Origin: Candidatus Latescibacterota bacterium
GTDB lineage: Bacteria > Latescibacterota > UBA2968 > GCA-2709665
Assembly: GCA_965208835.1 (NCBI GenBank)
Contig: OZ242358.1
Span: 3,736,433-3,800,432 of the forward strand
Direction: 5' to 3'
Length of the DNA: 64,000 nt
The notes beneath the pieces are model-generated. The model had not been told where the DNA came from. It saw only the letters and a list, made by a program, of their open reading frames with translations, and made no database searches. Both the position numbers and the translations under genes were made by a program. Shown here piece after piece: positions 10,150 to 19,792 of this stretch (position 1 is the first letter of the stretch; each line of letters opens with the position of its first letter).

Positions 10150-12555
10150 TTACCGCTCCAACCTGAACAGGACCTCCTTCTCGGCTGCCGCATTGCCGTT
10201 CTGATCCTCAACGCGGACCGTCAGCCGGTTCACGCCGGACTTGGCATTCCCCAGGTCCATCTCGAAATACTCCTGCAAATCCGTTTCCTCACGGATCTGT
10301 TCCGTAGATACCGAAACCTCCGGATTTCGTTCGCCCCTGCGGAAAAGGCCGCCAACCCCCGCCCAGAGCCGTCCGAACGTGCCGCCCTTCTCCGGCATTG
10401 AATGGATCGTATAGTGCAATGTAAACCGGCTTTGGCCGAATGTATCCGGTTTCAGCCCATAGGCTTCGTAATAGACAAACGGGTGCTGGTTCATTCGATA
10501 GGTCTTGGTGGTCATCGGAATCACCCAGATGCCGCCACCCTTGTCATATTTCTCCAGGCCGCCCTCCGTGGACACCTGAAATCCCAGTTCCAAACCGCTC
10601 AGCTTCAACGTATCCTGCGAATAATCCTCAACCTCGAGCCGTTCCTTGTAAATGCCTGAATGACCGGAAACCAGATCCTTGACCTGTACGCGCATTTCGT
10701 AGGCGCCCGGGCTCACGTCAATCGCGAGTTGATTCGGAATAAAGGTCCCCTTCCCCGTATAAAGTTCCTTCGAGGTGCGCAGCACCAACTCTTCGCTATC
10801 CTGCAGCGTGTGTCCCGATTCCGCATCGTACAGCGCAACCGCGCAACCCAACTGAAACACGTGCTGGTCTCCCGTTTCTGACTCGCTCAAACTGCGCGGC
10901 GGGATTCCATAATAAACCTCCACGCGCGTCTTGCCATTGGATCCTCTAAACGTCGCACGATCGTAATAGAAGTCCAGAAATGCCTCGCGTCCGCCCGGCA
11001 GATAGTGTTCGGGCATCTGCCGTATGCTCCGGTTCATCACCATTGCGGGCGAGAACTTCACCATCCGGCTGGTCCGCCGCAACGCGCCTTCGTCGAATGC
11101 CGCAGCGGGCACGGGCGCAAAGTCGAACTTCCCGCCGCCCATCTCGTTGGTAAACACCACCTCGATTCCCCCGGCAACACCTGTGTAGACCCAGGACTCC
11201 CACTTTATAAAAGACATGAAGTCCCCACCCGTCACCTGCATGCGGTTCGGGGACAGGGTCACCTCGTAATTGTCTCCATCCAGCTCGGACATGTCAGCGG
11301 GCGCCATCGGCTCATCGACCAGAGCGGGCGCACCCTCTACCTCCAGCGCGTCGGGAGTCTCGCCCTGATCGGTACCCGGTGGCAGTTCAGCGGGGAAATC
11401 CAGACCCACCTCGTGCATCCTGCGAACCGGGAAGACCGGCCCACGTCCTACATCCATCATGCTGTGCGGTCCGTAGATATCGTATGCGACACGCTCCTTG
11501 ATCCGCTCTACTGAAACCGGCATGGGCGGCGCCACCGCGGCGGACGTCGACCGGTAATCCGGCGCGCCGTACCGGATATAGACCTCTCCCCGCCGGTCCC
11601 ACGGATTCGCCTGTTCGGAAAAAGCGGCCCGCGAATACCAAACGCGGCGATAGTGCTCCAGCTTGCGCTCATTCACGGCAGACATCAGATCCGGGTCTCT
11701 CACCGACCAGAACCTAACCAGAAACTCCCGCCGCGCCGCCGGATCCTCCTCAGTCGCCCGATAGGCAATAAGCTCTTCCCTGGATGCGATCTGACTCACA
11801 TCCTGGTACAACAGGCGTTCCTCGGGCGGCATTCGGGAAAACCCCCTGCCGTAATATTGCATCGCAAGGTCCAGCGCTTCCCGGCTTGCGCAGGCCTGAG
11901 CAACAACGGGCAACAGCAGCCCTTCGTCCGTCGTTACTTCCAACGAATCCAGCGCTTGAGAGGGTAAGTCTTCAAAGACGCCCGTCCGGATATAGGCCGT
12001 GACCACGGCCTGGAGCACGGTCGGATCCCGCGTCCGGTCTACCGACAGAGAGCGCACGTAGGCATCGAGTGAATTTTCGTAGTCCTCGATGTCGGAGTAC
12101 AACCGTCCCATAAGCCGATGGACCAGTTCGAATCCGGGCGAAAGCGCGGCTGCCCGTGTGGCATGGTAGATTGTCTGTTCGGAATACCTCCCTTTTTCTC
12201 CCTCCGCGGTCCCCGACCTGTAGGAGGCCAGCGCCATCCCGAAGTGGGCGGGCGCAAACCTGTCGTTTTGCGATAGCGCCGATTGAAACGCCTCTCTCGC
12301 GCCCGCCAGGTCCGCCTTTAGAAGCCGCGCGTATCCGATCCGGGTATCCATGCCGGCCGCATCCGAGATTATTCGAGGCCAGTACGCGCGCAACGCTCGT
12401 TGAACCTCCACGTCGGGTCCGGCGGCGGCGGTCGTATCGGCGGCCGTCTGCAGTGCCGTTTCTGCGGCGGCGCCGGTCGGACTTCCCGAAAGCAGAAACG
12501 TCAATCCCGCAAGCAAGGGCACCAGTGTCCGCAGTCGATTCCGGTACATCGTCAT
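10150..12555 (-). CDS. Secreted TPR + GWxTD-like domain protein
   Basis: 801 aa with signal peptide LVPLLAGLTFLLSGSPTGAAAE. N-terminal TPR-like repeats. Motif NPWDRRGEVYIRYGAPDY resembles the GWxTD-domain core. Paralog of 1..3595. Confidence 0.75.
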   Translation of the reverse strand: MTMYRNRLRTLVPLLAGLTFLLSGSPTGAAAETALQTAADTTAAAGPDVEVQRALRAYWPRIISDAAGMDTRIGYARLLKADLAGAREAFQSALSQNDRFAPAHFGMALASYRSGTAEGEKGRYSEQTIYHATRAAALSPGFELVHRLMGRLYSDIEDYENSLDAYVRSLSVDRTRDPTVLQAVVTAYIRTGVFEDLPSQALDSLEVTTDEGLLLPVVAQACASREALDLAMQYYGRGFSRMPPEERLLYQDVSQIASREELIAYRATEEDPAARREFLVRFWSVRDPDLMSAVNERKLEHYRRVWYSRAAFSEQANPWDRRGEVYIRYGAPDYRSTSAAVAPPMPVSVERIKERVAYDIYGPHSMMDVGRGPVFPVRRMHEVGLDFPAELPPGTDQGETPDALEVEGAPALVDEPMAPADMSELDGDNYEVTLSPNRMQVTGGDFMSFIKWESWVYTGVAGGIEVVFTNEMGGGKFDFAPVPAAAFDEGALRRTSRMVKFSPAMVMNRSIRQMPEHYLPGGREAFLDFYYDRATFRGSNGKTRVEVYYGIPPRSLSESETGDQHVFQLGCAVALYDAESGHTLQDSEELVLRTSKELYTGKGTFIPNQLAIDVSPGAYEMRVQVKDLVSGHSGIYKERLEVEDYSQDTLKLSGLELGFQVSTEGGLEKYDKGGGIWVIPMTTKTYRMNQHPFVYYEAYGLKPDTFGQSRFTLHYTIHSMPEKGGTFGRLWAGVGGLFRRGERNPEVSVSTEQIREETDLQEYFEMDLGNAKSGVNRLTVRVEDQNGNAAAEKEVLFRLER

Positions 12556-12690
12556 CGTCCTCGTTTCGGGTTGGCGACGATACGTCAGACCGCGCGCCTG
12601 AAGTTTGAAGTGCGGCGGTCGAATCTATCCTGCTGCTACGTATATTACTTGGATGTCCATATTAGCAATTGGTTGCAGAAAATCACAAAG

Positions 12691-13041
12691 GCGGGGAGAC
12701 GGGAGACGCAAGAGGTAAGAGATGACTCGCCTCGCCAGGTTGCAATTCATGCCGGAGGCCTAACAGCCCGTTGAAAAAGTCCATCCGGGCTGCGGCCGGC
12801 CCTTGCGGTCGAAATACTGCGTTGCGCTCCCTCGCCGAATCACAGGATGGGACTCGGTCGCGCGCCTTGTCTTCGACCACAATGGCTCGGCCTCGCCTGC
12901 AGAGCGACTTTATCAACGGACTGCTAAAGGAGGAACATATCGGCAAAGACCTCTTCTCACGTCTACCCTCTCCCGTCTACCCGCTTTTGGGCTTTTCCTT
13001 CTTCCTTTCTACTTCTTCCTTTTGCCTTTCTCCTGCTTCTT
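12691..13041. repeat. GA-rich / CT-rich inverted element (family 3), interrupted by family-1 copy a
   Basis: Left arm GCGGGGAGACGGGAGACGCAAGAGG (12691-12715) is an imperfect reverse complement of CCTCTTCTCACGTCTACCCTCTCCCGTCTACCCGC (12950-12984). A CT-rich tract continues to about 13041. Shares AGACGTGAGA with 21827..22056. Confidence 0.5.
12764..12923 (+). repeat. Family-1 palindromic MITE-like repeat, copy a (160 bp, full length)
   Basis: Runs CAGCCCGTTGAAAAAG...CTTTATCAACGGACTG and is flanked by CTAA on both sides (12760-12763 and 12924-12927). Confidence 0.85.
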
Positions 13042-13106
13042 ACAATAAGAAAGGAGGACGATCCGACGGACCGCCCCCCCCTCTATGTTTACCGCGCACC
13101 GTGCCC

Positions 13107-14150
13107 CTAGAACGTCCCGCCCACGGACAAACGCAACGGTGGATCGAAGATGCCCAGATCCGCGTTGTGGTAGGAAAGGTCCACGGTGATCAGCTGACCG
13201 CCCGGCAGTTCGTGCTTCAGACCGGCGCCGACGCTCCAGCTTTCAAGAGCCGTATGCGTACGGTAACCCGCACGAAGCGCCAGCGTGTTCTCCAGCCAGA
13301 GTTCCCCGCCCATGCGGGTAATCGGCCGGAAGTCCGTCACGAACTCGTGCTCCAGTGAGAGCGTAAAGTATCCGGGATCGCCCTTCTGCCCGAATATCTC
13401 CATCGCGCCGCCAAGGGAGTACGTGGTGGGCATTACCGCCGTGAAACCGCCCTCGGTCGCCTTGACGTTCGGACCCAGGTTCCGGAAACTCATGGCGATC
13501 CTGCTGCTACGGTACCCGGTGTAAAAGTGGGTGCCGATACTGTAGTCCAGGGTAGAGACCTTCTCAAGGTGCAGATCTTCCTGGATCCAGCGAATCTGAC
13601 CGCCCAGCATGAATTTGTCGGTCATCTTCTTGGCGAAAATGGCGCCGAGGGCAATATCGCTGCCCCTGAACATGGTACCCGTGCCCCAGGGGGCCGTCGG
13701 CGTCGTGACTTCCATCTCCTCCGTCTGAAAGCTGTTAACCGTAAACCCGATGGTCCCGAACCCTGCGTTGAACGCCAGAGCCCCCGAGACCAGCGAAGAG
13801 TTGGACAGCCAGCGGGTGTAATTCAGCGTATAGCCGACGTTCTCGATGTGCCCGATACCCGCGGCATTCCAGAACGCGGCGGTGATATCGTCGGCGATGG
13901 CGGTGTAGGCCCCGCCCATCGCCTCGGCGCGGGCGCCCTGGCCGATTTTCAGGAACGGGAACTCGGAAAGTCCCACGCGCTCGACCCAGAGGCCCCAAGC
14001 CTTGTCAACGTTTTCCATCTTCGGATCGATCAACGCCCCGTCGCGCGACCCGGTGCCGGGCGCCGGCTGCTCTACCGCCATCGCCGGCGTCGCGGACAGG
14101 AGAGCGACGGTCACGAGGGCCAATCCCAAGATGAGCCATCCTTTTTTCAT
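13107..14150 (-). CDS. PorV/PorQ-like outer-membrane beta-barrel protein
   Basis: 347 aa, RBS AAGGAG, signal peptide ending ATPAMA. Motif GARAEAMGGAYTAIADDITAAFWNAAGIG is typical of the PorV/PorQ (UPF0164) family. C-terminal F. Confidence 0.65.
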   Translation of the reverse strand: MKKGWLILGLALVTVALLSATPAMAVEQPAPGTGSRDGALIDPKMENVDKAWGLWVERVGLSEFPFLKIGQGARAEAMGGAYTAIADDITAAFWNAAGIGHIENVGYTLNYTRWLSNSSLVSGALAFNAGFGTIGFTVNSFQTEEMEVTTPTAPWGTGTMFRGSDIALGAIFAKKMTDKFMLGGQIRWIQEDLHLEKVSTLDYSIGTHFYTGYRSSRIAMSFRNLGPNVKATEGGFTAVMPTTYSLGGAMEIFGQKGDPGYFTLSLEHEFVTDFRPITRMGGELWLENTLALRAGYRTHTALESWSVGAGLKHELPGGQLITVDLSYHNADLGIFDPPLRLSVGGTF

Positions 14151-14181
14151 AGCAATTCTCCTTAAGACGTCGCGAGGTTCG

Positions 14182-16569
14182 TTATCGGATCACGACAAAC
14201 GTGCCGGTCTTGATCTTTCCGGCGCCGGCCGAACCTTCAACGCCGTGCACGGCATAGAAATAGATTCCCGGACCCACAAGCGCCCGGATCGTGGAATACG
14301 GCCGACCGGTCCACCGCGTCTCGCTGGACGCGTTGTTCTTCTGACGCAGCACCTGGATCAGCTGCCCGGCAGTGTTGAAGATATAAATAAACGAGTTGGA
14401 CGGCACGTTCACGAAGCGGATTGAAAGGCCGCCGCCGTACTCGTTCGTGCCGTTGGCCATGTACGGGTTCGGCACCACCACGATATCGCGTTCCAAAGCG
14501 TCAGCGGCCGCCACGAACGGCAACACGGGCGACCCGCGGTTGACTTGCAGGAAGTTGGAGAACGGACCTTCCTGTCCGTTCTGCAGGAACTTCTGCGCCC
14601 TGGGAGGGAGATCCGCGAAAGTCATCGTGCCGTCGTTGTTCACCCAGTCGTTATGCGGTTCCTGGTAGGCCCGGATGCTGTAGTAATAGAAGAATCCGGC
14701 GTTGGAACTCGCGTCGGACCAGCCGTACATTCCGGGACGTGCGGCGCGCCGGCCATCGCTGGCCTGGTTGGCCAGCCCCTGGGCGACGGACTCGTCGGTC
14801 TCCGCCGCTGCGACGGGCCAGTCCGCGCCCGCATCGTACGTGACACCTGCCGGCAGCGGTCCGCCCACGGGAATGTCGCCGACCAGCGAGAACGGGCCGG
14901 TGGCCGTGAGCGTTCCACGCAGCCCGCGGTAGATGCGGAAGCCGGCCACGTCGGCTGCGCCGTAGTCGGGATGAACCGCGCCCTGGGCCTCGGCGGCCCA
15001 GAACAGCTTCACCTTGGCGTTCTCGTCGCTCTTCACGAAAACGTCGACGTCGGGTGGGCCATCCGGAATGTCAAAGCCGCTCTGATAGGCGAATAACGCG
15101 TGTTCCAGGTGTTCTACGATCGCCTGCTCGCCCGAAAGGAAACTGGCTTTATCGGCGGTGAGCGACCACTGCCAGATGTCTATGGGGCTTTTGCCGGGAC
15201 CGGCATACTCGGCGCCGGAACCGGCCACAAACGCCACCACGACCTTGGCCTTGTCGCCAGGGCCAAGCGCCCATGGGCCATAGACCTGCGCGTTCGTGAA
15301 CCCGCCCACCGCGGTGGGGTTGTCCTGCGCGGACGTTGCCGTCAACTTGGCAAATGCCTCGGCAGGGGTCTCTCCTTCAAGGACGGGCTCGTCATAGTCG
15401 GCGGTCGTGCGTACGTTCCACCAGCCCTGGTAGACCGGCTGGTCCGCCGCGGGCTGTACGTACTGACCCGCGTCGTGCATGTTGAACGCGTGTCTGGGGT
15501 CGTCCGGGCTGTCCGCGAACGCGACCGGCGCCATGCCCACGAATGAATGGGCGGACAGCTTGCCGTCGGGGAAGGCCATCTCCTTCAGGTCGGAGGTTTC
15601 GATATCCTTGATCCAGGGGTCCCCTGTATCCTCCCAGGCCTTGAACGGGCTGTCGCCGTCGAACTGGTAGCTCAGCTTGAGCCCCTGCGCCCTGGCCGCG
15701 CTGATGGCAACAGGCCCGCCGGGGCCGCCATCCACGTAGTTTCCGGCCTCCGTGTACCGGAAGTGATCGTCGAGACCGTCGTCGAACCACCGCCACCAGC
15801 GGCCGCCGCCCTGGTTGTTGTCGGAGGTTTCATTGATTTTCCAGGTGGCCACCAGCGGCAGGTACACTTCGTTGTGCCGGTCGCTGCCGGTGTTTTCCAG
15901 AATGAATTCCGCAATGACGAAATCGTCGAACATCTGATGGGACCAGTTGTGGACCTTTCGGGTGATGGTGATATCGAACTTGTTGGTCCACTTGGCGACC
16001 AGAATCTCTTCCGCAAACGCGTCGTCCGGCGTGTATTCTCCGGGCGAGAAGTTCCAGATCAATCTTGGCGGTGCGCTGACGTCATTTTCGTCCGGAACGT
16101 TCGCACCCTGCCAGTAGTTGCTGGGTTGCGTAAACGACGCCCCGCGCCCCTGCTCCCACTCCGTGGCCGCGCCGAGGTGCGCCTCGGGCCCGCTGGATGG
16201 ATCATAGACCAGCGGCGTGATATCGACGCTCTTGCCCCGGGGGCCGGTCCAGGCCGCATCCACACCTCCGGGCCCCACGACCATGATCCAGGTACCGAAT
16301 CCGACCGCGTTGCCGCCCCGGCGGGTATAGTTGGAACTGGCGTTGCTGCTGGGGATGTTTGCCCAGCCGGGATACCAGAACATATCCGGCTCTCCCGTCT
16401 GCCCGCTTCCCAGATTCCAGCCGCCCATGGTACCGTCCGAGTTCCAGCTGATCTGGAGGTGACCCCGGCTGGTGGAAAGCCTCGGCGTGTCGCTCTGGTC
16501 AACCGCCCAGGCGCCCACTGGCAGGAGCAAGCCGCAAACAAGCGCCATAAGCTTGATGCCTGGTTTCAT
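14182..16569 (-). CDS. Secreted protein of unknown function with a T9SS-type C-terminal sorting domain
   Basis: 795 aa, RBS GGGAGA, signal peptide. The C-terminal ~90 aa (VVPNPYMANG...IYIFNTAGQLIQVL...GIYFYAV...KTGTFVVIR) fits the Por secretion tail / FlgD-Ig-like CTD pattern. Confidence 0.6.
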   Translation of the reverse strand: MKPGIKLMALVCGLLLPVGAWAVDQSDTPRLSTSRGHLQISWNSDGTMGGWNLGSGQTGEPDMFWYPGWANIPSSNASSNYTRRGGNAVGFGTWIMVVGPGGVDAAWTGPRGKSVDITPLVYDPSSGPEAHLGAATEWEQGRGASFTQPSNYWQGANVPDENDVSAPPRLIWNFSPGEYTPDDAFAEEILVAKWTNKFDITITRKVHNWSHQMFDDFVIAEFILENTGSDRHNEVYLPLVATWKINETSDNNQGGGRWWRWFDDGLDDHFRYTEAGNYVDGGPGGPVAISAARAQGLKLSYQFDGDSPFKAWEDTGDPWIKDIETSDLKEMAFPDGKLSAHSFVGMAPVAFADSPDDPRHAFNMHDAGQYVQPAADQPVYQGWWNVRTTADYDEPVLEGETPAEAFAKLTATSAQDNPTAVGGFTNAQVYGPWALGPGDKAKVVVAFVAGSGAEYAGPGKSPIDIWQWSLTADKASFLSGEQAIVEHLEHALFAYQSGFDIPDGPPDVDVFVKSDENAKVKLFWAAEAQGAVHPDYGAADVAGFRIYRGLRGTLTATGPFSLVGDIPVGGPLPAGVTYDAGADWPVAAAETDESVAQGLANQASDGRRAARPGMYGWSDASSNAGFFYYYSIRAYQEPHNDWVNNDGTMTFADLPPRAQKFLQNGQEGPFSNFLQVNRGSPVLPFVAAADALERDIVVVPNPYMANGTNEYGGGLSIRFVNVPSNSFIYIFNTAGQLIQVLRQKNNASSETRWTGRPYSTIRALVGPGIYFYAVHGVEGSAGAGKIKTGTFVVIR

Positions 16570-16636
16570 ACTTGCTTCTCCCTTTCGTTAAGACCGGGGA
16601 CGGGGAAAAACCCGCCCCCGGTATCGTTGAACACGA

Positions 16637-19600
16637 TTAGAAGTTGACTTTGAGTCCCACGCCCACCTCGCGCGGCTTCCCGTAGTACCGGGTCAGTTCG
16701 TTGTAATCGCCGTGCGTGAGGTAGTCCTGGTCGTTCGGCCTGGGAACGTTCAGACCCCAGCGGACGAAGTCGGGATAGGAGCCGCCGACGGGGCTGTCCT
16801 GCTGGTTGAACAGGTTGAAGATCTCCACGTAGAAGACGGCATTCCGGTGCCCGCCTTCCACGAGCGTCTTCTCAACCTGCAGGTCGGTCCACGTTCGGAT
16901 GGGCCTGTGGCGCAACTCCGGCTGCTTGCCCGGTGGCGTGTACCATTGGGGCCTGCCGCTCGTAATCCGCCAGACCAGATTGGTGCGCAGGCCGCCCACC
17001 GCGTGGAACTGACGCAGCCCGGGACCGAAGTCCATCGGCGTGTCCAGGTACAGCGAGAGGCTGGACTGGACGCGCAGGTCGGACCCCTTCGGATTAAACA
17101 GGCGGCCGCCGCCGTACGTGGGCTGCCACACGCCGTTCATATTGGCCGGCGCGTCGTAGGCCTTCTGGATGTCCATGAACTCGAAGATCACGAACTGATA
17201 CCTGTCGGTGATGGCTCTGGCCCTGCCCCGCCACCAGCTGGCCACCCTCGTAGCGAGCTTCATCCGTTCTTCGAGCGAGAAATCCTTGCGTACGTAAGCC
17301 GATCCGTTCCATTCCCAATCGTGATACTGGTCGGGGTTCATCACGTACGAGGAGTCGGGGTAGAACATCGTGGCGTTGGAACCCACGCGCGCCGTAGACG
17401 CCCAGCCGAAGTTGATGGCCGCGTTGAACGAGAAATAGTGGCTGAAGCCCTTGCGCACGTGCAGTTCGAGCCCTCTCATATCCTGGAAGGAACTGGGTTT
17501 GCGGCCCCAGACCCAGGTTGTGCGCTGCGGCTCGTACCAGTACCGGCTGCCTGAGGAAATCTTGCCGATGGCACTCTTGTAATAGGCCGCGATACCCGCC
17601 GTATAGTCTGCGACGAAGTTCCAGTCGGCGCCCGCCTCGTAAGCCCTTGTACGCGTGAGTGCAACGTAGGGGTTGGCCATGCGGACCTGACCGTGCAGAC
17701 CCCGGAACGCGTCCCACGCCACGTGGGCGTCAGGACCGTTGGACCGCCACTGTTCGCGGAAGTACTCGAACAGGTCGGGCACTTTGGCGTAGAGACCGGC
17801 CGTGAAGTGGAAGGCCGACCGCTGCGTAATGGGATGGGAAATCCCGAAGCGCGGGCTGAACTGGGTCGCCCACTGCGGGTCGACCGTGACCATATCCACG
17901 TGTTTGATCAGCCAGCGGTTCTGCGGTGTCTGAAGCTGCGAGACGTTGTAGAACCGATGGTTGGTGTATAACGCGTCGAACCGGATGCCCGCGTTCATCA
18001 CCATGCCCTCGAACTCCATCTTGTCCTGCAGATAGAATCCGATCTGGATGGGGTTGATCGGGGCTTTCACGTCGGGCAGATTGCCCGAGTGGGTGATGAA
18101 GTCCACAATCCGCTGGCTCGGATTCGGCGAATTGTAGTTCAGGTAATAAATGCTGAACCGGGTGAGATCAAACCCGCCCTTGACGAAGTGCCCCTTGGAC
18201 ACCTGAGAAGACACGTCCAGCTTCAGATTCAGCCGGCTACGGTCGGCGATGGTGTAATTCGCGACATTGGCGGGCTTCACGTTGAACCAGCCGTCGAGGT
18301 CCTTCTCGCCGAATACGGTCACCGGGAACCCGAACTGGTCTTTCGGCCAGTCGGTTTTCTGGGTATCTTCCAACGTTGTGTAGAACGACACCCTGGCTTC
18401 GTAGAACGTCTTCGGGGATACGGTGTGGGTCAGCGACGCGTAGGTGACCCGGTCGGTCACTTTCCGTCCGCCGGCCCCGGATCCCTCCGGCAGAAAGATA
18501 TTCTGACCGTTGGACGCCCTGTCGCGCTGGGTGTTCGTTCCCCTGTTGAAATAGTCCGCCGTGGAGTAGATCTGCCCGATGCTCACTTTCGCGTCGGCCC
18601 CCGGTCGGAACGTCAGCTTGGCGTTGCCGCGGAAATCAAGCGGCGTTTCGAGCGTGGGAAAACCGCCCGACATCACGCTGATCAGGCTGGTCGCGCCGAG
18701 GCTCGGATCGAACGTGGCATTGCGAACGGAGGTGTTCAGCACGTCCGTAGGCTGCCGGGACCACCGGGCGCTGGCGAAGAAACTGGCCTGGTCGCCCATC
18801 GGGCCGGAGATGCCGCCCTCGATATAGTAACCCTTGATGTCGGTATATTCCACGGCCCTGTGCGCCAGGCCCACCTCGTCGTCGGGCGTGCCCGGAACGC
18901 CGTCTTCACCGTCGCTCAGGATCACCGTTTCGGCGCGCCACTCACTGTCGTCCCACTTGAGCCGGTCGCGGTGATACGCGCTCTCATACAGGTTGGAACC
19001 CCAGTGCTTCTGGCTCGGGGGCGTATAGCGCAAATCGCCCCAGCCGCGGAAGTCGCGACCGCCGTCTTTGGTGATGATGGAGACCGCGCCGGATTCCAGG
19101 TTTCCGTATTCCGCGCTCGCGCCGCCGGAAATCACGGTGATTTCCTGAACGGCAGTCTTGGAGGGTCCGGTGAACTGCCGGCCGTACCCGTCGTTGTTCG
19201 GCAGAACCACGCCGTCCACCATCAGGATGCCGTCTTTCGAGTCTCCGCCGCGGATGACGTTGGCATTGGTGAGCTGCACGCCCGGATTCAACGTAACCAG
19301 GTCCGTGACCGACCGCGCCATGGGCAGCGCCTCCAGTTGCTCGACGCCCATCACGTAATGGCTGGTGGTCTTGTCGGGCTCTACCGGCGGGCGCTCGGCC
19401 ACGACCACGAGTTCCTCGGCTTCGAGCGCCGTCTCCTTCAACTGGAAGTCGACGGTTGTGGTAAAGTCGGCCTGGATTCGCACGTCGGTCTTCGTGACGG
19501 CGTTGTAGCCGACCATTGACGCCACCAGCGTAATGTTGCCCGGGTCGACGGAGATGACAAGATAGTAACCGTCAGCATCCGACTGCGCCCCCCTGCGCGT

Positions 19601-19762
19601 GCCTTCGATAACGACATTCACGCCGGGAAGCGGCTCACCGGACGCCGCATCCATAATGCGCCCGGTCAGTTTACCGGTCTGGCCCGCAAACGCGTCCGTG
19701 GAAAAACCCACAAGCACGAAGAGCGCGACCGGCAAAGCCACAAACAACTTCCATCTGTTCAT
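16637..19762 (-). CDS. TonB-dependent outer-membrane receptor with an N-terminal CarboxypepD_reg-like domain
   Basis: 1041 aa, RBS GGAGGAGG, signal peptide. GRIMDAASGEPLPGVNVVIEGTRRGAQSDADGYYLV matches the carboxypeptidase regulatory-like fold. Plug-like region, long beta-rich body, terminal ...GVGLKVNF. Confidence 0.8.
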   Translation of the reverse strand: MNRWKLFVALPVALFVLVGFSTDAFAGQTGKLTGRIMDAASGEPLPGVNVVIEGTRRGAQSDADGYYLVISVDPGNITLVASMVGYNAVTKTDVRIQADFTTTVDFQLKETALEAEELVVVAERPPVEPDKTTSHYVMGVEQLEALPMARSVTDLVTLNPGVQLTNANVIRGGDSKDGILMVDGVVLPNNDGYGRQFTGPSKTAVQEITVISGGASAEYGNLESGAVSIITKDGGRDFRGWGDLRYTPPSQKHWGSNLYESAYHRDRLKWDDSEWRAETVILSDGEDGVPGTPDDEVGLAHRAVEYTDIKGYYIEGGISGPMGDQASFFASARWSRQPTDVLNTSVRNATFDPSLGATSLISVMSGGFPTLETPLDFRGNAKLTFRPGADAKVSIGQIYSTADYFNRGTNTQRDRASNGQNIFLPEGSGAGGRKVTDRVTYASLTHTVSPKTFYEARVSFYTTLEDTQKTDWPKDQFGFPVTVFGEKDLDGWFNVKPANVANYTIADRSRLNLKLDVSSQVSKGHFVKGGFDLTRFSIYYLNYNSPNPSQRIVDFITHSGNLPDVKAPINPIQIGFYLQDKMEFEGMVMNAGIRFDALYTNHRFYNVSQLQTPQNRWLIKHVDMVTVDPQWATQFSPRFGISHPITQRSAFHFTAGLYAKVPDLFEYFREQWRSNGPDAHVAWDAFRGLHGQVRMANPYVALTRTRAYEAGADWNFVADYTAGIAAYYKSAIGKISSGSRYWYEPQRTTWVWGRKPSSFQDMRGLELHVRKGFSHYFSFNAAINFGWASTARVGSNATMFYPDSSYVMNPDQYHDWEWNGSAYVRKDFSLEERMKLATRVASWWRGRARAITDRYQFVIFEFMDIQKAYDAPANMNGVWQPTYGGGRLFNPKGSDLRVQSSLSLYLDTPMDFGPGLRQFHAVGGLRTNLVWRITSGRPQWYTPPGKQPELRHRPIRTWTDLQVEKTLVEGGHRNAVFYVEIFNLFNQQDSPVGGSYPDFVRWGLNVPRPNDQDYLTHGDYNELTRYYGKPREVGVGLKVNF

Positions 19763-19792
19763 CTTAAAACCTCCTCCGAAAAGATTCCGCGG

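Noticed and set aside
18089-19519. 476-aa plus-strand ORF. Similar long ORFs lie at 15547..16647, 16712..17554, 38385..39677, 39551..40534, 42119..44089, 6499..7746, 61771..62955 and 9198..10106.
   Set aside because: All of these lie opposite to, or out of frame with, genes that have strong homology signatures. They show R/G/P/H-rich composition and are GC-driven open frames, not genes.
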